Below, piece after piece: positions 19,549 to 27,444 of a stretch of 64,000 bases of DNA. The translations under genes were made by a program, and so were the position numbers. Each line of letters begins with the position of its first letter. The first letter of the stretch is position 1. The DNA comes from an uncultured bacterium. GTDB taxonomy: Bacteria > Desulfobacterota_D > UBA1144 > Nemesobacterales > UBA2774. The notes below the pieces were generated by a model. It was not told the origin of the DNA. It searched no databases and saw only the letters and a list, made by a program, of their open reading frames with translations. The DNA is taken from positions 64,001-128,000 of the forward strand of contig CAVPJU010000010.1 of NCBI GenBank assembly GCA_963705505.1, read 5' to 3'.

Positions 19549-20202
19549 ATGAAAGAAAACGAATTGATATTCGGGCCGCGAATACCGAAGGAGCTGTGGG
19601 AGAAGGAGAGAAAGAGGTTTCTTGTTCCTTCGATCGTCCTCGTCGTTGCCGCGGTGCTGCTTTTCATCTCGATATTTCTCCCTTATTGGAAACTTACACT
19701 TTTCGCGCCTCAGTATCCTCAGGGTCTCAAAGCCAGTATGTACGTAAACAGGCTTGCGGGGGATATTCAGGAGATAGACGGGCTCAATCACTATATAGGA
19801 ATGAAGCCCATGGACGAGGCTGCCGTGCTCGAACGCACGCTCAGCATATTCATGATCATCGGTATAGCGCTCCTCATCGCGGGGGCCGTATACGTGCACA
19901 GCCCGATTGCGCTTTTCCTGTGCATCCCGGCGGTGCTTTACCCCGCGTTCTTTCTGGGCGACCTCTATTTCTGGATGCGGACCTTCGGCACGAACCTTAA
20001 TCCGCACGCCCCTTTAAGCAGTGCGATAAAGCCCTTCGTACCACCCATACTCGGCGTGGGCCAGATCGCACAATTCAAGACTATCGCGAGCTGGGAGATA
20101 GGTCTCTATATGTCTATCGCGGCTTCGGTACTGATTGTCATAGGCCTCTACTTTCATCGTAAAGCTTATAAGCCGTTAATAGTAAATGAAGGCGTCAGGT
20201 AG
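19549..20202 (+). CDS. nosB: Clade II nos-associated membrane protein (NosB-like)
   Basis: PYW..TL.APQYPQGL, EIDGLNHYIGM, NLNPHAP, FVPP..G..Q; about 4 TM. Confidence 0.8.
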   Translation: MKENELIFGPRIPKELWEKERKRFLVPSIVLVVAAVLLFISIFLPYWKLTLFAPQYPQGLKASMYVNRLAGDIQEIDGLNHYIGMKPMDEAAVLERTLSIFMIIGIALLIAGAVYVHSPIALFLCIPAVLYPAFFLGDLYFWMRTFGTNLNPHAPLSSAIKPFVPPILGVGQIAQFKTIASWEIGLYMSIAASVLIVIGLYFHRKAYKPLIVNEGVR

Positions 20203-20228
20203 AGAAAGGTGTAAATCCCGGGTGACCC

Positions 20229-21629
20229 GTGACTAAATATTGCCTTCTACATTTTTCCACGATCGTTATTCTTGCCCTCTCCGGAGCTGTGAACGGAGCG
20301 GCTGTCGCCAGGACAATCCATGTCTCACCGGACGGCCCCGTAAGATCAATTACTGAGGCTATAGCTTCTGCTGAGAGCGGTGATACCATACGCATCCTGA
20401 AGGGAGACTATAAAGAACATATAGTAATCAACAAGACTTTAACAATTATAGGAGAGGGTTATCCCCGCATAGACGGCGGGGGGAAAGGAGTCGTCGTTTT
20501 AATAAAAGCCCCGAGTACCGTATTCAGGGGTATTCATGTGACGGGGAGCGGCGACAGCCTGAACCTTGAGGACGCTGGTATTATCCTCGATTCCGCACAC
20601 GGGAGCGTCATAAAAGAAAACCGGCTCGATGATGTGCTCTTCGGTATATACCTCAAAAACTCTCCCGACAGTGTAATAGAAAAGAACGTCGTCGAGGGCA
20701 AGCGGCTTACACTTCCCGAACGCGGCGACGGAATAAAGCTCTGGTACAGCTCAGGGACGAAGATACTCTATAACCGGGTCCTCCACACTAGGGACCTTGT
20801 TATTTGGTGGTCGAGCAATACGCTTATAAAAGGGAATACCGTCGAGGAAGGAAGATACGGACTTCATTACATGTCGAGTAACCATAACAGGTTCGAGGAC
20901 AACATTTTCAGGAATAACTATGTGGGCGGGTTCCTCATGTATAGCAAGGGGATTGAGTTTTACAGGAATAGGTTCGTCAGTAACCGCGGCACGGGGTCGG
21001 GCTACGGAGTCGGGTTCAAGGACCTCGACGACGTAGTAGCCAAAGACAACCTTATCGCGGACAACCGCGTTGGAATCTTTCTCGATAACTCGCCCTACCT
21101 CATCGATTCGTGGAATAATATAAGCGACAACGTTATAGCTTTCAACGACATAGGCGTCTCCCTCATGCCTTCGATAAGGAGGAACGCTTTTCACAAGAAC
21201 AGCTTCGTAGATAACGACGAGCAGGTGGAGATAAGGGGAGGGGGAGAGCTTGCAGGGAACGAATGGTCCAAGGACGGCAGCGGGAATTACTGGAGCGATT
21301 ACATCGGATATGACGAGGACGGGGACGGGATAGGAGAGATACCCTACAAGTCCGAGAGCCTCTTCGAGAGCCTTATAGACTCGAAGCCCGAGCTCAGGAT
21401 ATTCGTGTTCAGCCCTGTTGCGAAGGCAATAGAGCTCGCTTCTCAGGCGTTTCCCGTGATCAAGCCCGAGCCCAAGCTCACGGACGACTATCCGCTCGTC
21501 AGCTCGGCGATACCGCCTGACCTCAGGGCAGGCGGGAGGGAAAGGGAGTTGTCGCCGAGGCTTCTTTTCCTGTCCCTCTCTATGGTGATGCTTCCCCTGA
21601 TCTTTTACGGCTACATTATGAAACGGTAA
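20229..21629 (+). CDS. nosD: NosZ maturation protein NosD
   Basis: Beta-helix repeats, RGDGIKLWYS, RYGLHYM, GNYWSDY.GYD.DGDGIG; extra C-terminal TM. Confidence 0.93.
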   Translation: MTKYCLLHFSTIVILALSGAVNGAAVARTIHVSPDGPVRSITEAIASAESGDTIRILKGDYKEHIVINKTLTIIGEGYPRIDGGGKGVVVLIKAPSTVFRGIHVTGSGDSLNLEDAGIILDSAHGSVIKENRLDDVLFGIYLKNSPDSVIEKNVVEGKRLTLPERGDGIKLWYSSGTKILYNRVLHTRDLVIWWSSNTLIKGNTVEEGRYGLHYMSSNHNRFEDNIFRNNYVGGFLMYSKGIEFYRNRFVSNRGTGSGYGVGFKDLDDVVAKDNLIADNRVGIFLDNSPYLIDSWNNISDNVIAFNDIGVSLMPSIRRNAFHKNSFVDNDEQVEIRGGGELAGNEWSKDGSGNYWSDYIGYDEDGDGIGEIPYKSESLFESLIDSKPELRIFVFSPVAKAIELASQAFPVIKPEPKLTDDYPLVSSAIPPDLRAGGRERELSPRLLFLSLSMVMLPLIFYGYIMKR

Positions 21630-21642
21630 ACGGGAGCTTGAA

Positions 21643-22542
21643 TTGATTGAGATTAAGAACGTAACGAAGCGTTTCGGAAAGCTGACTGCAGTCGATTCGG
21701 TGAGCTTCAGGGCTGAAAAGGGTGAAGCGGTTTCCCTCCTCGGCGCGAACGGCGCCGGAAAGAGCACGCTTATCAAATGCATACTCGGGCTCCTCGATTA
21801 TACGGGCGAGATTACGGTGAGCGGGCTCAGGGTGAAAGACCACCCGAAGGAGGCGAAGTCCCTAATCGGATACCTGCCGCAGGAGCCTCTTTTCTACGAT
21901 ATGCGCACACTCGATATAGTACGTTTCTTCGCGCGGCTCAGGAAAATTGACGAGAGGGGTTCATTGTCGGTCCTGGAGAAAGTGGGGCTTGGGGAGCACT
22001 CTTCCAAATACGCTTCAGAGCTTTCGGGAGGCATGAGGCAGCGCCTCTCTTTCGCTATAGCGCTTCTATCAGAGCCTATGTTCCTGATACTGGACGAGCC
22101 CACTTCCAACCTCGATGCTCACGCGCGCGCTGAATTCCTCAGGCTAATCAAGGAATACAAGGAGAACGGTAAGACGGTGATCTTTTCCTCGCACAGGCTC
22201 GACGAGGTGGACTATCTGGCTGACAGGGCGGTCCTGATGAAAGACGGCAGTGTCGTCATGGACGAGGAGCCGCACAGGCTGAGGCAGTCCCTCGGGCTCG
22301 GCACGAAGATGAATATCGCTGTCCCTGAGGAGTATGTCACACTGGCGTATTCGGCGTTCGCCGGTGCCGGCATAATAGTTCACGGCAGAAACGGAAGGGG
22401 CTTCCTCGTGGAGGTGAAGAGCGGGGACAGCCTCCATCCTCTGAGGGAGCTGATGTCGAGAGACATACCCGTCCTCGGGTTCAGCGTCGAGGAGCCTACC
22501 ATGGAAAATATACTCGAAGGAGCGGGAAAAGATGGAGCTTAG
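21643..22542 (+). CDS. nosF: ABC ATP-binding protein NosF
   Basis: GANGAGKS, LSGGMRQR, ILDEPTSNLD; between nosD and nosY. Confidence 0.88.
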   Translation: MIEIKNVTKRFGKLTAVDSVSFRAEKGEAVSLLGANGAGKSTLIKCILGLLDYTGEITVSGLRVKDHPKEAKSLIGYLPQEPLFYDMRTLDIVRFFARLRKIDERGSLSVLEKVGLGEHSSKYASELSGGMRQRLSFAIALLSEPMFLILDEPTSNLDAHARAEFLRLIKEYKENGKTVIFSSHRLDEVDYLADRAVLMKDGSVVMDEEPHRLRQSLGLGTKMNIAVPEEYVTLAYSAFAGAGIIVHGRNGRGFLVEVKSGDSLHPLRELMSRDIPVLGFSVEEPTMENILEGAGKDGA

Positions 22543-23371
22543 AAATATTCTCATACTGGCGGGGAAGGAAACGAGGGAGTCGCTCAAGAACAGGTGGTTC
22601 GTTTTATATACCGTCTCTTTTTCCGTCCTCGCCGTGCTCATCTTTTCTATAGCGCCCGGGAGGGGCGAGATCACGGGCATATCGGGCTACGGCAGGACGG
22701 CCGCGAGCCTGGTCAACCTCGTGCTTCTCTTTGTCCCGCTAATAGCGCTTATAACCGGAGCGATAAGCATATCCGGGGAGAGAGAGAACGGAACGCTGCA
22801 GTACCTGCTCTCGCACCCCGTAACCAAATCCGAGGTGTTCGTGGGCAAGTTCTGCGGGATACTCATCCCGATCTGTTTTTCAATTTCGCTCGGTTTCGGG
22901 CTCGCCGGTATAGGAGTCGCGCTCAGAGGCGGGAGCGGGAACTCGGCGGAGTTCATACTGACTGCGCTCCTATCGGGGCTCCTGGCTGCGTCCCTGCTGA
23001 GCGTGGGGTTTGTCGTCTCGGTGTTTTCGGGCAGGGCTTCGAAGGCGATAGGCGTCGCGGTGTTCCTCTGGCTCCTTTTTATCGTTCTCGGAGACCTCGG
23101 CATCATGGGCACAGCTGCAGCGATGGACCTCGGCATAAAGCAGGTCTTCGTGCTCGCGCTGCTAAACCCGGCGGAGGTGTTCAAGATCGCTTCCGTGCTC
23201 GTGCTCAGTCCGCGGTTCGAGATACTGGGCCCAGTCGGAGTTTACGCCGTCAGGACGTTCGGCAGGGAAGGGGTGGTCTATCTGCTCCTCTCCGTCATGG
23301 CGCTATGGACCATCATACCGTTCGTATATGCATTTATAACTTTCAGCATATTCAGGAGGGAAGAAGCATGA
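22532..23371 (+). CDS. nosY: ABC permease NosY
   Basis: RTAASLVNL, PLIAL, ISGERENGTL.YLLSHP, LLNPAEVF. Confidence 0.88.
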   Translation: MELRNILILAGKETRESLKNRWFVLYTVSFSVLAVLIFSIAPGRGEITGISGYGRTAASLVNLVLLFVPLIALITGAISISGERENGTLQYLLSHPVTKSEVFVGKFCGILIPICFSISLGFGLAGIGVALRGGSGNSAEFILTALLSGLLAASLLSVGFVVSVFSGRASKAIGVAVFLWLLFIVLGDLGIMGTAAAMDLGIKQVFVLALLNPAEVFKIASVLVLSPRFEILGPVGVYAVRTFGREGVVYLLLSVMALWTIIPFVYAFITFSIFRREEA

Positions 23372-23802
23372 AATACTTGCTCATACTGCTTGTGCTCCTG
23401 GGTTTCGCCGCCTGTAAGGATAAAATCGATACCGGGCCTCATATTATTCATTACGGGGAAGATGTCTGCGAGAGGTGCAAGATGATTATAAGCGACAAGC
23501 GTTTTGCCGCCCAATACATCACGGAGAGCGGCGAGGCTAAAAAATTCGACGATATAGGGTGCATGATGGAGGCGCTCAAAGAGAAAAACAAGGACGGTGG
23601 CGGCGTGCTCGCCGTCTATGTCACCGACTACGTCACCGGGGAATGGATAGACGGCGGAAAGGCTTTTTATCTCAAAAACACGGAGCTCAAGACCCCTATG
23701 GGGTACGGTATTGCAGCTTTCGGAAACGAGGAATCGATGCGGGCGAGCCCATTTTATAAGGACGGGCGGGCGCTCGGGGGAATCGATGACCTCCAGAAAT
23801 AA
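23368..23802 (+). CDS. nosL: Copper chaperone lipoprotein NosL
   Basis: ATG overlapping the nosY stop; lipobox FAAC; CERCKMII, FDDIGCM, TPMGYG. Confidence 0.9.
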   Translation: MKYLLILLVLLGFAACKDKIDTGPHIIHYGEDVCERCKMIISDKRFAAQYITESGEAKKFDDIGCMMEALKEKNKDGGGVLAVYVTDYVTGEWIDGGKAFYLKNTELKTPMGYGIAAFGNEESMRASPFYKDGRALGGIDDLQK

Positions 23803-23821
23803 ATAATCCCGGACGGTTCCC

Positions 23822-24409
23822 ATGGATAAAAGGATTATAGATCCTAGTGAGAAGATTCAGAGCGCCGCGCTTGCGCTCTTTATCAAAAAAGGCATAGCGG
23901 GCACGACGACAAAAGAGATCGCGAGGAAGGCGGGTGTATCCGAAGGCTCCATTTATAATTACTTCGAGAGCAAGGGAGACCTCGCGTATAAGCTCTTTGT
24001 CCGGTATATGGACAAGTTCAGGGACGAGCTCTCGGTAAAATCGGCAGGCGCGGACGGCCCCGCGGGAAAGCTATCCGCCGTCGTCGGGGCTTTCTTCGGA
24101 TTTGCCGAGAGAGAGCCCGAGGCATACGCCTATATAATGATAGGACACTACACCGAGCTCCAGAAAATGAAATATGACAAAAAGAAGCCCAAGGACGTAT
24201 TCGTCGAAATAATCGGGGAAGGCGTTAAAAACGGCGTATTCATGAGCATGGACGAGAACCTCGGGGCAGCCTTCGTCATAGGGATGGTTACCAGGGCGAT
24301 CCTTTTTCATAAGAGCGGCATGCTCGGTATGCCCTATGCGAGGCTTATAGAGGATACCGTGGCCTCTTCCTTACGCGTCCTCGGCGCAGACACGCCGCGG
24401 CCCTTGTAA
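23822..24409 (+). CDS. TetR/AcrR family regulator
   Basis: HTH TTKEIARKAGVSEGSIYNYFESK. Confidence 0.92.
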   Translation: MDKRIIDPSEKIQSAALALFIKKGIAGTTTKEIARKAGVSEGSIYNYFESKGDLAYKLFVRYMDKFRDELSVKSAGADGPAGKLSAVVGAFFGFAEREPEAYAYIMIGHYTELQKMKYDKKKPKDVFVEIIGEGVKNGVFMSMDENLGAAFVIGMVTRAILFHKSGMLGMPYARLIEDTVASSLRVLGADTPRPL

Positions 24410-24522
24410 ACCCGTATAAAATTTTCATAGTATTAAACTTATCCGCTGGAATTATATCCCGGAATGTGCAGGTTATATTTATACTTTATGCATGCTGGTA
24501 AAAATTACACGGAGGATATAGA

Positions 24523-24915
24523 ATGCTCGTAAAAGAATGTATGACCGTAAACCCTGTGACCTTTTCCCCTAAAGAGGACGTCAGGGTCGCCTTTAACACA
24601 CTTACCGACCGCAAGATTCGTCAGGCGCCTGTACTCGAGAATGGAAAGCTGGCCGGTATAGTCACGGACAGGGACCTCAGGCTCGCGGTGGTGGAGACCC
24701 TTACGGAGCCGGGTTTGACTGTGGGTTCCGTCATGACGCGGGACCCCGTAACGGTCAACGAGAATTCTTTACTCAAAGATGCGGCCAGGGTGATCGGTAA
24801 AAACAAGTTCAACGCGCTCCCGGTGCTTTCCGATTCCGGTGAGCTCGTGGGCGTCCTCACTACCACCGATATACTCAACGGTCTCGTTAGAGCGCTCGAT
24901 GCGGAGAAAAAATGA
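24523..24915 (+). CDS. CBS-pair protein
   Basis: Two CBS repeats; clear paralog of the N-terminal part of 13852-14442. Confidence 0.88.
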   Translation: MLVKECMTVNPVTFSPKEDVRVAFNTLTDRKIRQAPVLENGKLAGIVTDRDLRLAVVETLTEPGLTVGSVMTRDPVTVNENSLLKDAARVIGKNKFNALPVLSDSGELVGVLTTTDILNGLVRALDAEKK

Positions 24916-24973
24916 CGACCCGTTTCTTTCTATGTTTAAGGCATTAATATATTGTTGACAAAGGAGAGCCTTT

Positions 24974-25414
24974 ATGAAGATTGAGAAAATATTGTTTCCG
25001 ACGGATTTCTCCGCCAGGTCGCTCAGCGCGAGGGAGCACGCGCTTTACCTCGCCCGGGCCCTCGACTCGTCCGTTTATCTGCTTCACGCGATAGAGCCTC
25101 TGAAATACGAGGAGGTGGACGACGAGATCAGGGAATTTTATAAGACGCTCGAGACCCAGCTCGGTGAAAAAATGGAACGGGAAAAAGAGGTCTTTGAAAA
25201 AAGGGGTCTAAGGGTGGATACGGACATAGTTATCGGTCAGAGGTGGAGGGTAATAGACACATATGCCAAAGAGAAGGGAATCGACCTGATAATCATGGGG
25301 TCGCACGGCATCAGGACCGAGACGGGGGAGGTTTCCGTGGGCACGACTAGCCACAAGGTCATGTTCTCGTCCCCATGCCCCGTTCTGATAGTGAGGCACG
25401 ACGAAGCCCGTTAG
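24974..25414 (+). CDS. Universal stress protein (single domain)
   Basis: KILFPTDFS, DLIIMGSHG, VGTTS.KV...PCPVLIV. Confidence 0.92.
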   Translation: MKIEKILFPTDFSARSLSAREHALYLARALDSSVYLLHAIEPLKYEEVDDEIREFYKTLETQLGEKMEREKEVFEKRGLRVDTDIVIGQRWRVIDTYAKEKGIDLIIMGSHGIRTETGEVSVGTTSHKVMFSSPCPVLIVRHDEAR

Positions 25415-25478
25415 TAATATTCTTAATGAGATTTTTACAAAACTGATATAAAATTAGGGCATATTATTACAGGAGGAG

Positions 25479-26297
25479 ATGCTTGATATGACGAGATTCC
25501 TGCCGGATTTGAAGCGGTTTGTCCTTTTAATCGCTGTCGTTGCGGCACCATTTCTATTATCGTCCGGGCCGGGCTTAAACGCGTACGCTCAGGACGGCGG
25601 TACTCAGGCCGCGCCTATAAAACCCGTGATAGACCCGGTCGCAGACAAGCTGCTGAAGTCTATGGGGGCTACGCTCTCTTCCGCCAAGGCTTTCACTTTC
25701 AGGGCCGATATAAACTTCGACCAGCTCCTTGTTTCCGGGCAGCAGATTCAATACGGAGGGACGGCGAACCTGACGGTCGAGAGGCCCAACAAGGTTTATG
25801 TTGAGTTCACGGGGGACCTGGACGGAAAAAGAATATGGTATACGGGTAAGGACGTTACAGTGCTCGACGTGAATAAGAATTTTTACGGCAAGCTGGCCGT
25901 ACCCGCAACTATTGATGAAGCCATGGATAACCTTATGGATCAATACGGGTTCACCCTCCCGCTTTCCGACGTAATGGTGAGCGACCCGTATAAGGCGTTT
26001 ATCAGAAACGTCGCCGCGGGCGTAGTCATCGGGGACAGCATGATAAACGGTCAGCAGTGCAAGCACCTGGCTTTCGTCGAGAAGTATATAGATTGGCAGA
26101 TATGGATTTCAGACGGGGCGCAGGCGCTTCCCTGCAAGCTGGTCATAACGTACAAGACCATACCGGGCGGGCCTCAATATTCGGCGGTATTTTCCAACTG
26201 GGCGATCAACCCGGCTATAAACGCGTCGGTATTCACGCCTGTGCTGCCTGAAGGGGCAGAACGGATAGAGTTTATAAAAATGGGTAATCAACAATAA
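25479..26297 (+). CDS. DUF2092 family periplasmic protein (LolA-like fold)
   Basis: Signal peptide; RPNK, Y.GK..T, LPLSD, C.HLAF, DWQIWI, LPCKLVITYK..PG.PQY. Confidence 0.85.
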   Translation: MLDMTRFLPDLKRFVLLIAVVAAPFLLSSGPGLNAYAQDGGTQAAPIKPVIDPVADKLLKSMGATLSSAKAFTFRADINFDQLLVSGQQIQYGGTANLTVERPNKVYVEFTGDLDGKRIWYTGKDVTVLDVNKNFYGKLAVPATIDEAMDNLMDQYGFTLPLSDVMVSDPYKAFIRNVAAGVVIGDSMINGQQCKHLAFVEKYIDWQIWISDGAQALPCKLVITYKTIPGGPQYSAVFSNWAINPAINASVFTPVLPEGAERIEFIKMGNQQ

Positions 26298-26310
26298 TCC
26301 GGGGGCTGAT

Positions 26311-27408
26311 ATGAGAAACCTGAGACAAATGATAAATAGAACGACTATAGCTGCTGCCGTATTCGCGTTCGCAGCATCGGGGGTATTAATGACGGGAGAC
26401 GCCTATTCCCGGGGCGGGTTCGGAGGAGGAGGGTTCGGAGGCGGTTACAGGGGCGCGGATTTCGGCTCAGGAATGGGCGACAGGGGCTTCGGAAACGTCA
26501 GGTATTCGGGGAACAGCATGGGTGACATGTCCGGCTACAAGGGCTTTCAGGGGGATAATTTCGGAAGCAAACAGTCCTTCCAGAACTCCGATTTCAGTCA
26601 GGACAAGAGCGACTTCGGCGGGGATCAGGACTCATTCTCGGGCCGCCAGTCCGAGTCCCAGGACAATACGGGCATGACCCAACGCCAGGCCACGAGCCAG
26701 AACCGCGCCATAGAATCCGATAACGGGCAGAATACCAGCAAAACGACCAACGGCACGACGACTAACGGCAAGACCAACAGCAGCACGAACAGCAACAGCA
26801 CGAACAAAAATAACACCAACAACACCAATAACAGCAACAATTCCAACAACAAGAATAACAACAACAATAACAACAATAATAATAATAATAACACCTACAA
26901 CACCTACAACAATTACAACAACTACAATCACTATTGGGGCGGATACTGGGGCTCATGGGGCGGTTATTACGGCGGGTGGGCTTTCGCGGGCGGCCTGGCC
27001 ATGGGAGCCGCAATAGCGAGTATCCCGGCAAGCTCCTCCACTGTCTATGTATCGGGAAATCCGTTCTATTATTCGGACGGCGTGTACTACGCTCCTCAGG
27101 GCAGCCAGTACATAGTCGTTCCGCCTCCGCCGGGCGCAGTCGTCGATACGCTCCCACCGTCATGCGACACCGTATATGCAGGTGATGATTCGTATTTTGA
27201 CTGCGGGGGCGCGTTCTATTCGTCTGCGGACGCGGGGTTTCAGGTCGTACAGCCCCCTGTGGGCGCGACAGTGGACTCTCTCCCCCAGGGAGCGCAGCGG
27301 AAAACAATAAACGGGACGACTTACTATCTCTTCGGCGCCGCGTATTACCAGCCGTTTTACAGCGGGAGCAGCGTGATATACCAGGTAGTCCCCGATCCGA
27401 CTGCTTAA
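26311..27408 (+). CDS. Secreted low-complexity protein with DUF6515-like C-terminal repeats
   Basis: Signal peptide, RGGFGGG region, poly-Asn tract, YWGG segment, then repeated YY..G.YY/Y.VV.PP.GA.V..LP units. Confidence 0.78.
   Translation: MRNLRQMINRTTIAAAVFAFAASGVLMTGDAYSRGGFGGGGFGGGYRGADFGSGMGDRGFGNVRYSGNSMGDMSGYKGFQGDNFGSKQSFQNSDFSQDKSDFGGDQDSFSGRQSESQDNTGMTQRQATSQNRAIESDNGQNTSKTTNGTTTNGKTNSSTNSNSTNKNNTNNTNNSNNSNNKNNNNNNNNNNNNNTYNTYNNYNNYNHYWGGYWGSWGGYYGGWAFAGGLAMGAAIASIPASSSTVYVSGNPFYYSDGVYYAPQGSQYIVVPPPPGAVVDTLPPSCDTVYAGDDSYFDCGGAFYSSADAGFQVVQPPVGATVDSLPQGAQRKTINGTTYYLFGAAYYQPFYSGSSVIYQVVPDPTA
26761..26930 (+). repeat. (AAC/AAT)n poly-Asn coding repeat
   Basis: Runs such as AACAACAATAACAACAATAATAATAATAATAAC. 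Confidence 0.9.
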
Positions 27409-27444
27409 GCGACCCGACAGGGGACTCATCAGGGCTTTACGGCT

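Noticed and set aside
22594..23367. Long N-terminal extension of NosL in the ORF track
   Set aside because: It overlaps nosY out of frame; the real start is ATG 23368 with an RBS and lipobox.
26625..27307. Poly-Leu, poly-Val/Ile and Cys-rich minus-strand ORFs
   Set aside because: They are antisense readings of the (AAC/AAT)n poly-Asn tract of the plus-strand gene.
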